A DNA stretch of 47,323 nucleotides from Candidatus Humimicrobiales bacterium (GTDB lineage: Bacteria; Actinomycetota; Humimicrobiia; Humimicrobiales; Humimicrobiaceae): the NCBI GenBank assembly GCA_038320085.1, contig JBBQDW010000001.1, positions 1-47,323 on the forward strand. The letters are read 5' to 3'. Position numbers and translations under genes: made by a program. The notes beneath the pieces were generated by a model that was not told the DNA's origin, searched no databases, and saw only the letters and a program-made list of their open reading frames with translations. Shown here piece after piece: positions 20,213 to 29,573 of the stretch (its first letter is position 1; every line of letters starts with the position of its first letter).

Positions 20213-22366
20213 ATGAAAAAAATAAAAACTTCTTCTAATTTAGACCCGGGACACTTCAGTGATTACGATATTTCCCTGTTTAAAAGCGGCAGGCATTTTA
20301 AGCTTTATGAAAAATTCGGCTCCCGGCTAAAAACTATTAAGGGGGTTAGCGGGGCATATTTTTCGGTCTGGGCGCCCGCAGCAAAAAAAGTATCTGTTGT
20401 TGGGGATTTTAATGGCTGGGACCAAAAAGCCGCGCCAATGAATGTGCGGTGGGACGACTCCGGGATTTGGGAAGTCTTTATACCGGGCGTTGTGGAGGGA
20501 GCATTATACAAGTTCCACATAACTGCATCTAATTCAAAGTTTTCAGTTAATAAAAGCGATCCTTTTGCATATTTTTCTGAGCTCTCCCCGGGCACTGCCT
20601 CGATTATCTATAATATTAACGATTATGGCTGGAATGATGAAAAATGGATGGACAAGCGGCATTTTAAAAACAGCCTTGACGGCCCAATTTCCATATATGA
20701 GCTTCATCTTGGCTCATGGAAAAGCCCGTCTGACTGCAGTCCGGGAGCATCCGTACGGGCAAAAAGATTTGCCGGCTACCGTGAAATTGCGCCCTGCCTT
20801 GTGGAGTATATAAAGAAAATGGGGTTTACCCACGTGGAGCTTATGCCGGTAATGGAGCATCCTTTTTACGGTTCCTGGGGATATCAGGTGACCGGATATT
20901 TTGCCTCTACGTCCCGATATGGAACTCCGCAGGACCTGAAGTATTTAATCGATTTGCTTCACCAAAATGATATTGGGGTAATACTTGACTGGGTGCCTTC
21001 GCATTTTCCAAATGATTCCCACGGACTTGCCAATTTTGACGGCACCTGCCTGTACGAACATGCGGACCCCAAAAAAGGTTTTCATCCGGATTGGAAGAGC
21101 CTGATTTTTAACTACGGCAGGATCGAAGTAAAAGAGTTTCTTATAAGCAGCGCCATGTTCTGGGTTGATAAATATCATGCAGACGGACTGAGGGTCGACG
21201 GGGTTTCATCGATGCTTTATCTTGACTATTCACGAAAAAAAGGAGAGTGGATACCAAACAAATATGGCGGAAGAGAAAACCTGGAAGCGATGGATTTTAT
21301 AAAAGGTTTAAATGAGGCTTTGTACGGAAGTTTTCCGGATATCCAGGTAATTGCCGAGGAAGCGACCGCGTGGCCCGCAGTTACAAAGCCAAAATATTCC
21401 GGCGGACTTGGGTTCGGCATGAAATGGAACATGGGCTGGATGCACGATACCCTTAATTATTTTTCAAAGGACCCGGTTTGCCGAAAATTTAACCAGAATG
21501 ACTTAACGTTTGCTTTCTGGTATGCATTTTTTGAAAATTTCTTACTGCCCCTGTCACATGATGAAGTCGTGTATGGCAAAAAATCCCTTCTTGAAAAAAT
21601 GCCGGGAGACACCTGCCAGCAATTTGCAAACTTAAGGCTGCTGCTGGGCTATATGTATTCTTTTCCCGGTAAAAAACTGCTTTTCATGGGAAATGAATTT
21701 GCCCAGAGGCAAGAATGGAACCACGAGAGTTTCCTTGACTGGCCCGGGTCCAAATTTGAACCGCACTGCGGAGTACAGCGGCTTGTTGCGGACTTAAACA
21801 AGGTTTATTTTAACGAGGGCGCCCTTCACGCAAATGATTTTCAGCCGGAAAATTTTGAATGGGTCGATGCGAGCAATACACGGCAAAGTATAATACTTTT
21901 TTTAAGGAAAACCATATTTTGGCAAAATGAAGCAATAATAAAAAGTGCAGCCTTCAAACAACCGGAGTCTGTGCAAACAACCCCAAAAAAAGCAGCTGAC
22001 AGGCAGACGGTATCAGCAATGGAAAACGAAGAGCCTGATAATACCGGTAAAAATGGGGGTGCGAAAGGCAGTAGTGAAAGCGGCAGCAGCAATATTAAAA
22101 ACCGGAATGGAAAAATTGAAAGCACCTTTGTTGTCGCCTGCAATTTTATGCCGACTCCAAGATATAAATACCAGATAGGTGTCCCGCATGAAGGTGAATG
22201 GGGTGAAATATTTAACAGCGATGCCTTAGTCTATGGCGGAAACGGCCACGGAAATTTCGAGAAAATCAGCACCTTAAAAAAGAGTACCCATGGAAGGCCG
22301 TTTACCATTTCTGTCACCCTGCCGCCACTTGGGGTGCTTTATTTTAAAAAAGATATTATTTATTGA
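20213..22366 (+). CDS. glgB: 1,4-alpha-glucan branching enzyme, GH13
   Basis: GH13 regions GVILDWVPSHF, DGLRVDGVSSMLY, AEEATAWP and LSHDEV. It has a ~65-aa low-complexity insertion before the final beta-domain. Confidence 0.95.
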   Translation: MKKIKTSSNLDPGHFSDYDISLFKSGRHFKLYEKFGSRLKTIKGVSGAYFSVWAPAAKKVSVVGDFNGWDQKAAPMNVRWDDSGIWEVFIPGVVEGALYKFHITASNSKFSVNKSDPFAYFSELSPGTASIIYNINDYGWNDEKWMDKRHFKNSLDGPISIYELHLGSWKSPSDCSPGASVRAKRFAGYREIAPCLVEYIKKMGFTHVELMPVMEHPFYGSWGYQVTGYFASTSRYGTPQDLKYLIDLLHQNDIGVILDWVPSHFPNDSHGLANFDGTCLYEHADPKKGFHPDWKSLIFNYGRIEVKEFLISSAMFWVDKYHADGLRVDGVSSMLYLDYSRKKGEWIPNKYGGRENLEAMDFIKGLNEALYGSFPDIQVIAEEATAWPAVTKPKYSGGLGFGMKWNMGWMHDTLNYFSKDPVCRKFNQNDLTFAFWYAFFENFLLPLSHDEVVYGKKSLLEKMPGDTCQQFANLRLLLGYMYSFPGKKLLFMGNEFAQRQEWNHESFLDWPGSKFEPHCGVQRLVADLNKVYFNEGALHANDFQPENFEWVDASNTRQSIILFLRKTIFWQNEAIIKSAAFKQPESVQTTPKKAADRQTVSAMENEEPDNTGKNGGAKGSSESGSSNIKNRNGKIESTFVVACNFMPTPRYKYQIGVPHEGEWGEIFNSDALVYGGNGHGNFEKISTLKKSTHGRPFTISVTLPPLGVLYFKKDIIY

Positions 22367-22383
22367 TTTTATTTATTGATTTC
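22358..22383 (+). repeat. 13-nt tandem duplication spanning the glgB stop codon
   Basis: ATTTATTGATTTT followed by ATTTATTGATTTC. The first copy contains the TGA stop. Confidence 0.6.
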
Positions 22384-22522
22384 GGATCAAAAGCAGTCAG
22401 CAGCAATGGCAGTAAAAGCAAGGCCCGTGGGGACAAGCATAAAGTGGATATGGCATTATGGGTAAAGCAGATATGACGGTTTATTTAATAAATGGCATGA
22501 TTATATATAAAGCAGGCAGATA

Positions 22523-25075
22523 ATGGACAGATATGTATGCATTCATGGACACTTTTACCAGCCGGTAAGGGCAAACCCCTGGCTGGGAGCAATCGAGATG
22601 CAGGGTGAGGCCTATCCCTGGCATGACTGGAATGAAAAAATAAATGCCGAGTGCTACAGGGTAAATGGCGGCGCCCATCTGCTTGACAGGGAAAATAGGC
22701 TTATAAAAATACTTAACAATTATACCAGGATAAGTTTTAACTTTGGGCCGACACTGCTTTCGTGGATAAAGGAACATGACATAAAAACTTACACCTCCAT
22801 CGTCAATGCAGACAAGGCCAGCAGGTCCATCTTTTCCGGCCACGGCAGTGCGATTGCACAAATATATAACCATATCATAATGCCGCTTGCAAGCAGGCAG
22901 GATAAAATAATCGAGGTTGCCTGGGCGGTAAGTGATTTTGAAGCGAATTTCGGCAGGAAGCCTGAAGGCATATGGCTTTCCGAAACTGCCGTTGATACGG
23001 AGACACTTGAGATTTGCGCTGATTTTGGAATTCTATATACAATACTTTCTCCAAACCAGGCGGGGGAAATAAGGAAAATAACCAAAAATCCCGAAAATAC
23101 CGCATGGACCGATGTTTCCGGCGGCTCTATTAATACCAGGATGCCGTATATCTGTAATCTGCCGGGGGGCAAGTCGATTAATATATTCTTTTATGATGAT
23201 TCTCTTTCAAATAAAGTCTCGTTTGGCAGCCTTCTGAAGGATGGTGAATCTTTTGCAAAAAATATCGTAGGACTGCCATTGAGGGTACAGGAACTGCCGG
23301 AAATAATTACCATATCAAGCGATGGGGAGACGTATGGGCACCATCACCAGTTTGGAGAAATGGCTCTTTCTTACTGTATTGATTATATCGAGTCAAACAA
23401 ACTTGCGGATATTACTGTTTTTGGAGAGTATCTCCAAAAATATCACCCGATATACGAGGTCCGGATTATTGAAAATTCATCCTGGAGTTGCAGACACGGT
23501 ATCTGCAGATGGAAAGAGGATTGCAACTGTTCAACAGGCTCAGTATATCACCCGGGCTGGAATCAAAAATGGCGCGCACCTTTAAGGGAAGCAATAGACT
23601 GGCTCGCCGGGATAAATTCTTTAGTTTATATTGATGAGGCCCAAAAGTATTTAAAACCCGGCATCAGCAACCCATATGAAGCAGTAGAGGCTTATGTGTG
23701 TATTATGGATAATCCCACAGGTAAGGCAGCAGAAAAATTCTTCAGCATATTTTTAAAAAATCCCCTTGAAAAAACAGTGCGAATAATTTTCTTAAAGCTG
23801 CTCGAGGCATACCGCCAGAGCCTTTTTATGCAGTCAAGTGACGGATGGTTCTTTGATGATATTTCAAGGATAGAACCGATCCAGCTGATGCGGCATGCTT
23901 GCAGGGCAATGGAAATTTTAAATGAAATAACCGGCAGGGATTTTGAACCTGATTTTCTTGAAATTTTAAAAAAAGCCAAAAGCAACCTTCCTGAATATGG
24001 GGATGGCGAGAGCATATATCTTCTGTATGCAAAAAAGGCTTCCTGCGATTTTATAAAAATATCAGCGCGCCTTGCGCTCGAAATACTTGTTGCTGATAAA
24101 AAAGAAATACCGGATATGTATAATATTTACAGCTTTGAAGCAAGCGGAATAACTTATGAGAGGATGCGGGCGCATAACTGTACTATTATTACAGGCAGCG
24201 CTGCAGTTATGTCAAAGATCACCCTTGAGTCAAAAAACGTCGTTTTTGCAGCATACAGATATAAAAATAAAAATGTTTTAAGCAGCGCAAATACGGCAGC
24301 TTTTGCCAAAACAGCAACGCATGATGACGCTTCGGAGATACCAACTGTCGTTACTCAGCTTAGGAAGCTTCTTGTATCGGCAAATGAACAAAATGATGAT
24401 GTTTTTACAGACTATGTTAACATTAGCGGCGATAAATCCGCAATCAAGAATTTCCTTGCAAAAAGATTTGCCGGAAATTTATTTACTATAAGTGATTTCA
24501 TGAAAGATGACCAGATTGATATAGTAGAAAAAATGATGGCAGGCTGCAATAACAGCATTTATCCCCAAATGGCAACTATCTTAAATGAATACGAGGGGAC
24601 CCTTAACGATTTCAAAGAAAAAAAGATGCTTTATTACTTTCTGGATGGAATTTTCCCTAATATCTACGAGTTTTTCGGGGAATATATGCTCTACAATATT
24701 ATAAAAAAACCCGGCCTTTCACAAAAAGATATATTTGAGATGAACTGGATATCAGAAAAAATCGGTATAGTAAACCTGATTAACCTGGAAAGCCTGGGAG
24801 TAATTTCAACAGAAAAACTTGATGAGACAATAGGGTCCATTTCAATGGAACCTGAAAATGTGGAACTGCTTAAAAACCTGGCAGATTTTTTTGACATTAT
24901 TACAAAGCTTAAAATACACTTAAATATATGGAAATCCCAGAATGTGATAATTGAAATAAAAGAAAATATTTATTTGCTAAAGACAATAGAGGCAAAAACA
25001 ATCAATAAATCGAAAGAGTGGTTGTCCTATTTTGAGAAAGTGCTGGATTATCTAAAAATTTCCAGGAAAAGCTGA
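22523..25075 (+). CDS. GH57-family alpha-glucan-active enzyme with a long C-terminal extension (DUF3536-like)
   Basis: N-terminal CIHGHFYQP.R.NPW. GIWLSETAV contains the nucleophile Glu motif, and SSDGETYGHHH contains the acid/base Asp motif. 850 aa. Confidence 0.85.
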   Translation: MDRYVCIHGHFYQPVRANPWLGAIEMQGEAYPWHDWNEKINAECYRVNGGAHLLDRENRLIKILNNYTRISFNFGPTLLSWIKEHDIKTYTSIVNADKASRSIFSGHGSAIAQIYNHIIMPLASRQDKIIEVAWAVSDFEANFGRKPEGIWLSETAVDTETLEICADFGILYTILSPNQAGEIRKITKNPENTAWTDVSGGSINTRMPYICNLPGGKSINIFFYDDSLSNKVSFGSLLKDGESFAKNIVGLPLRVQELPEIITISSDGETYGHHHQFGEMALSYCIDYIESNKLADITVFGEYLQKYHPIYEVRIIENSSWSCRHGICRWKEDCNCSTGSVYHPGWNQKWRAPLREAIDWLAGINSLVYIDEAQKYLKPGISNPYEAVEAYVCIMDNPTGKAAEKFFSIFLKNPLEKTVRIIFLKLLEAYRQSLFMQSSDGWFFDDISRIEPIQLMRHACRAMEILNEITGRDFEPDFLEILKKAKSNLPEYGDGESIYLLYAKKASCDFIKISARLALEILVADKKEIPDMYNIYSFEASGITYERMRAHNCTIITGSAAVMSKITLESKNVVFAAYRYKNKNVLSSANTAAFAKTATHDDASEIPTVVTQLRKLLVSANEQNDDVFTDYVNISGDKSAIKNFLAKRFAGNLFTISDFMKDDQIDIVEKMMAGCNNSIYPQMATILNEYEGTLNDFKEKKMLYYFLDGIFPNIYEFFGEYMLYNIIKKPGLSQKDIFEMNWISEKIGIVNLINLESLGVISTEKLDETIGSISMEPENVELLKNLADFFDIITKLKIHLNIWKSQNVIIEIKENIYLLKTIEAKTINKSKEWLSYFEKVLDYLKISRKS

Positions 25076-25164
25076 TTTTTTAAATTACTCCAGGGGAAGC
25101 TGAAATTTTTAAATTACTCCAGGGGAAGCTGAAATTTTAAAATATTTCAGGAAAGGAATTTTTA
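25055..25164 (+). repeat. ~29-nt tandem repeat (3 good copies plus 1 degenerate) starting in the last codons of the GH57 gene
   Basis: AAAATTTCCAGGAAAAGCTGATTTTTT is the coding end and includes the TGA. It is followed by AAATTACTCCAGGGGAAGCTGAAATTTTT, AAATTACTCCAGGGGAAGCTGAAATTTTA and AAATATTTCAGGAAAGGAATTTTTA. Confidence 0.9.
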
Positions 25165-25210
25165 TATTGCTTTATGGATAGTTAAAGGCAGGGATTATTT
25201 CCCTATTATC

Positions 25211-27268
25211 ATGCTTAAACATGACATCCGGGTGTATTCAATGGATATACTAAATAAAAGGGCAAGCGGTGTTTTGCTTCACATTACAAGCCTCCCCTCA
25301 GGGTTTTGTATCGGTGATTTGGGAAGCGCGGCTTTTGACTTTGTGGACTTTTTAAAAAAGGCCGGACAGCAATACTGGCAGATACTTCCATTAAATCCAA
25401 CCGGCGCTTCAAAAAATTTTTCGCCTTATGCCTGTTATTCGGCATTTGCCGGAAATCCTCTTCTTATCAGTCCGGTTTTGCTTTACGAGCAGGGTCTTAT
25501 AAAAAAGCCCCAGCTCGATGAAATACGGGCCGCTTCTGTTGCCGCGGCCGCTGCTTTTGATGCTGCCGCTGCTGTTGATGCTATTGATGCTGCTTCCGCG
25601 GTGGTTACTGCTGCCGCTTCCTCTGCCGCTGCAGTTGCGACGGCCGCTGGCGCTTCCCCTGCAGCAGGACAATACGATAATACCGGGGAAATAATTGCTG
25701 ATTTTGATTTACGGAGGGGACATGCCGGCTGCAAAGGTGACGGATATAATGCCACAGACTACAGACAAACCGGCCATACAGCCTTAAATGACAAACGCTC
25801 CGATTATATAAGTGTAGATTATAAAAGGGCATCAATTGCTAAAAATAAAATGTTTAATTATGCCTATAAGAATTTCAGGGAAAACTGCAAAAGTTTCAAA
25901 GATGAGTTTGACAATTTTTGCGCTGAGAATGATGCCGGATGGCTTGAGGATTTTGCATGTTTTGTTGCATTTAAGAAATATTTTAAAAATCGTTTAAACA
26001 TGGCAAGCTGGAGCATGTGGCCCCAACCGGTAAGGGACAGAAATGCTTTGGATGTCAAAGAACTTAAAAAAATTGTCAGCAAAGAAGTGGAGCTGCAAAA
26101 ATTCCTCCAGTTTATTTTTTTTAAACAATGGAACAGCCTTAAACGCCATGCAGGTGCAAATGGCATAAAGATTTTTGGGGACATACCCATATATGTTGAC
26201 TATGAAAGTTCTGATGTGTGGTCCTCTCCCTCTATTTTTAAGTTGGACAATAAAAAAATACCCAGATTTATAGCAGGAGTTCCTCCGGATTATTACAGCA
26301 AAACGGGCCAACTCTGGAAAAACCCTGTCTACGACTGGGAGGGATTGAAAAAAACCGGATTTTCCTGGTGGATCGCCAGAATGGAATTTAATTTTAAAAT
26401 GTTTGATTTGGTAAGGCTTGATCACTTCAGGGGTTTTATTGCATACTGGGAGGTGCCCTCAGGTGAAAAAACAGCAATTAACGGCCGATGGGTAAACGCA
26501 TATCCCGAAGAATTCTTTAATCTGCTTAGTAAGAGAACGAGCCGATTGCCAATAGTTGCAGAAAACCTGGGTATTATAACTCCTGATGTAGATTCGATAA
26601 TGGAGAGATTGGGCCTTCCGGGCCTCAGGGTATTTCAGTTTGGATTCGGAAGAGATTTCCCACACAGCAGTCACCTTCCCCACAATTATATTAAAAACGC
26701 TGTTGCCTGCACCGGTACCCATGACAATAATACATTGAGGGGATGGCTGGAAAATGAGGTAAGGTCCTTTGAGGCAAAAAACCTGCTGGGATATCTAAGA
26801 AAGGAAGCTTTATGGAGGCAAGGGCATCCAGTAACTCTCATAAAGGAAACATTGCCGGGGCAAGGTTATCCCGTTACTCTAATAAAGGCAGCTTTACCGG
26901 AACAAGGGCATCCCGTTACAACGTCCTTTGGGTATTCTGCTTCAAAGAATAATCCAGCCGGGCTTACCGGTGAATTTGTGGGCGCAGTAACTGAGTATAG
27001 GGTAAATAAAGGTGTAGTAAATAATGGTAAAGTAAGGGAGGGCCTGATAAATGAAATCATAATACTGCTGATGGCTTCGGCAGCAAATCTTGTGATAATA
27101 CCGATGCAGGATATCCTCGGCTTAGGGCAGGAAGCAAGGATGAACCGCCCTTCCACCAGCCGGGGAAACTGGAAATGGCAGATGGATGGCGAAATGATGT
27201 CAGATTGCACTGCCGAAAGGCTTGCCGCAATTACATTAAGCAGTAAAAGACGGGCAGATATAAGCTGA
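25211..27268 (+). CDS. malQ: 4-alpha-glucanotransferase (amylomaltase), GH77
   Basis: SGVLLHITSLPS, GIKIFGDIPIYV, LVRLDHFRGF, VAENLG and TGTHDN motifs. It has two large lineage-specific insertions. The start may be the internal MDILNKRASG at 25241. Confidence 0.9.
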   Translation: MLKHDIRVYSMDILNKRASGVLLHITSLPSGFCIGDLGSAAFDFVDFLKKAGQQYWQILPLNPTGASKNFSPYACYSAFAGNPLLISPVLLYEQGLIKKPQLDEIRAASVAAAAAFDAAAAVDAIDAASAVVTAAASSAAAVATAAGASPAAGQYDNTGEIIADFDLRRGHAGCKGDGYNATDYRQTGHTALNDKRSDYISVDYKRASIAKNKMFNYAYKNFRENCKSFKDEFDNFCAENDAGWLEDFACFVAFKKYFKNRLNMASWSMWPQPVRDRNALDVKELKKIVSKEVELQKFLQFIFFKQWNSLKRHAGANGIKIFGDIPIYVDYESSDVWSSPSIFKLDNKKIPRFIAGVPPDYYSKTGQLWKNPVYDWEGLKKTGFSWWIARMEFNFKMFDLVRLDHFRGFIAYWEVPSGEKTAINGRWVNAYPEEFFNLLSKRTSRLPIVAENLGIITPDVDSIMERLGLPGLRVFQFGFGRDFPHSSHLPHNYIKNAVACTGTHDNNTLRGWLENEVRSFEAKNLLGYLRKEALWRQGHPVTLIKETLPGQGYPVTLIKAALPEQGHPVTTSFGYSASKNNPAGLTGEFVGAVTEYRVNKGVVNNGKVREGLINEIIILLMASAANLVIIPMQDILGLGQEARMNRPSTSRGNWKWQMDGEMMSDCTAERLAAITLSSKRRADIS
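26819..26920 (+). repeat. In-frame 42-nt tandem repeat (2.4 copies) inside malQ
   Basis: Encodes QGHPVTLIKETLPG / QGYPVTLIKAALPE / QGHPVT. Confidence 0.9.
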
Positions 27269-27365
27269 TTAAAACCCTGTTAAATAAAAAAATGTTTACA
27301 ACATTAGGATATAATAGTATAAAATAATTATATAATTTTAATATTTATTAATATTTGTTAAAACC

Positions 27366-28631
27366 ATGAGAATAGAAGTAGTTGCATTTGTTCTAGGGGG
27401 CGGTATTGGCAAGAGGCTTTTCCCCTTAACTAAAGACAGGGCAAAGCCTGCACTGCCTTTTGGCGGCAGTTACCGCGTCATTGATTTTGTCTTAAGCAAC
27501 CTTATCCATTCCAGAATAAGAAAGATATATGTACTTACCCAGTACGAGCCGAGATCGCTTGAACAACATGTCCTTGAGGGTTGGGCACCCATTTTTGGAG
27601 CGGGCCGCTACAACATGATAAGGCTGCTGCCTGCAAAAGAAGGCAAAGGCAGCGGCTGGTATACAGGGACAACAGATGCCATTAACCAGAATAAGAGGTA
27701 TGCATGGGAGGCTCGTCCGGACATAGTTAATATATTCGGCGGTGACCACATATATCTTATGGATATATCCCAGATGAATGATTTTCACATGGCCGGCAAT
27801 GCTGATCTTACTATTTCCGCTATCCCGGTCCCTGCAAGTCTTGCAGCCGGAAAATATGGAGTGCTTGTGGTTGACGCCAACTTAAAGCTCATAGGTTTTG
27901 AGGAAAAACCGGCAACTCCTACTCCGATGCCTGATAATTCAGGTTTTTGTCTTGCTTCAATGGGCAATTATACTTTTAACCTGCAGATACTTATTGAGGA
28001 GCTTGTAATAGACCAGCATAAAAAAACAACCAGGGATAAAAAACTTATAGCTTCCGATCCTGAACATTTTTCCTCGCATGATTTTGGTTATGATGTAATA
28101 CCTTCAATGCTTAGGAGGCAGCGAAACATTTATGTCTACAATTTTAATGATAATTTCATTTTGGGGGCGAAGAGTTACGAAAAAGCTTATTGGCGCGATA
28201 TAGGCGACTTGGATGAATACTATAGGGCCAATATGGATCTCATCAGCAAGAATCCTTCAATCAACCTGTATAACCCGCGATGGGAGATCTTTACAAGGGC
28301 AGATTCACTGCAGCCTGTAAAATACTCGGAAAACTCCAGGGTCAGTGAGTCCCTGGTATCAAATGGTTGTGTAATCGATAATGCAAGTATTGAACGTTGT
28401 ATTTTGTCTTACGCTGTAAAAGTAAATAACGGTGCGTCTATAAGCGATTCTGTCCTTATGGGCGAAAACACTATCGGCAGTAATGCAATAATAAAAAAAA
28501 CTATTATAGACCGCGGAATAATAATTCCCGATAACGCAATAATAGGTTTTGACCGGGAGCTCGATATAAAAAGAGGCTTTACCATTTCCCAAGAAGGCGT
28601 TACCATCATTCCCAGGAAATACAGATTTTAA
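27366..28631 (+). CDS. glgC: Glucose-1-phosphate adenylyltransferase
   Basis: GGGIGKRLFPLTKDRAKPALPFGG.YR.IDF.LSN signature, plus a C-terminal left-handed beta-helix hexapeptide region. Confidence 0.9.
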   Translation: MRIEVVAFVLGGGIGKRLFPLTKDRAKPALPFGGSYRVIDFVLSNLIHSRIRKIYVLTQYEPRSLEQHVLEGWAPIFGAGRYNMIRLLPAKEGKGSGWYTGTTDAINQNKRYAWEARPDIVNIFGGDHIYLMDISQMNDFHMAGNADLTISAIPVPASLAAGKYGVLVVDANLKLIGFEEKPATPTPMPDNSGFCLASMGNYTFNLQILIEELVIDQHKKTTRDKKLIASDPEHFSSHDFGYDVIPSMLRRQRNIYVYNFNDNFILGAKSYEKAYWRDIGDLDEYYRANMDLISKNPSINLYNPRWEIFTRADSLQPVKYSENSRVSESLVSNGCVIDNASIERCILSYAVKVNNGASISDSVLMGENTIGSNAIIKKTIIDRGIIIPDNAIIGFDRELDIKRGFTISQEGVTIIPRKYRF

Positions 28632-28636
28632 TTTAT

Positions 28637-29095
28637 CTATTGCAGCCTTATCAGTTCGACTCCGGCATCATTTAAAAGCTCCAATGAAAGTTCATCAGGA
28701 TAATCAACAAAATAATAAATTTTTCTTATTCCACTGTTAATTATCATCTTTGCACATTGAACGCACGGCTGTGTTGTGCTGTATAGTACACTGTCCTGGA
28801 TATTTACACCGTGATAAGCTGCCTGGATTATTGCATTCTGTTCAGCATGCAGCCCCCTGCATATTTCATGCCTCTGGCCGGAGGGCACACCCATTTCTTC
28901 TCTGAGACATTTGCCCCTTTCAAGGCAGTTTTTTACACCTTTTGGAGCGCCGTTATATCCTGTAGTAAGTATCCTTTTATCTTTGACGATTATTGCCCCA
29001 ACTTTCCGCCGCAGGCATGTTGAACGTGTAGAGACCTGTTTTGTTATCGAACCAAAATATTCATCCCAGGTGGGCCTTGCCGGATTATCTTCCAT
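28637..29095 (-). CDS. Deoxycytidylate (dCMP) deaminase, ComEB-like
   Basis: 152 aa. HAEQNAI zinc/catalytic motif and PCVQCAKMI (PCxxC). WDEYF start typical of dCMP deaminases. Confidence 0.85.
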   Translation of the reverse strand: MEDNPARPTWDEYFGSITKQVSTRSTCLRRKVGAIIVKDKRILTTGYNGAPKGVKNCLERGKCLREEMGVPSGQRHEICRGLHAEQNAIIQAAYHGVNIQDSVLYSTTQPCVQCAKMIINSGIRKIYYFVDYPDELSLELLNDAGVELIRLQ

Positions 29096-29206
29096 ATCTA
29101 TATTTTCCTTCTACTTTTCCCCCGGCAACCTTTCGACAGCTGCTCTTTTGTATGCCGGATTATTTGTTTAATCTCAAAATTTAATAATTTTTTATTTTAC
29201 TTGTCA

Positions 29207-29473
29207 AACCTTTTAATAAGGCCCCCATCAAATTATTTAAAAAACCCTCTTATTTAAAAACATCTCTCATTTATAAATATCGGGCATTACTTATATTTAA
29301 AAAAAACCTCTTATTTAATAGGGCCTTCATCAAATTATTTAATAAAGCCTCTCATTTGTAAATATCGGGCATTAATTATATTTAAAAAAACCTCTTATTT
29401 AATAAGGCCTTCATCAAATTATTTAATAAAGCCTCTCATTTGTAAATATTGGGCATTAATTATATTTAAAAAA
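29207..29473. repeat. Three tandem copies of an 84-98-nt unit in the divergent spacer between the dCMP deaminase gene and the tsaC operon
   Basis: Copies start at 29207, 29305 and 29389, each beginning AACCT(C/T)TTA. Copies 2 and 3 are nearly identical at 84 nt. Copy 1 carries an internal partial duplication. Confidence 0.9.
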
Positions 29474-29573
29474 AACCTTTTCTATCATATCATATAAACA
29501 AAAGGTACTGGTTGTTTTTAAATAAGTAAACTTGAGTAAAAGCTTGGGTATAAAAGTATTTAGGAGGTAAACG

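Noticed and set aside
22481-22873. 130-aa minus-strand ORF overlapping the GH57 start.
   Set aside because: It lies antisense to the strongly conserved GH57 N-terminus (CIHGHFYQP...). It has no recognisable motifs and an odd composition.
25409-25835. Three overlapping minus-strand ORFs (87, 90 and 76 aa) inside malQ.
   Set aside because: They are artefacts of the GCN-rich alanine-coding repeat, which is open in several frames on both strands. The malQ frame is continuous and carries the GH77 motifs on both sides.
29207-29473. Possible CRISPR array.
   Set aside because: The 84-98-nt units are contiguous with no unique spacers, are far longer than CRISPR repeats, and no cas genes are present.
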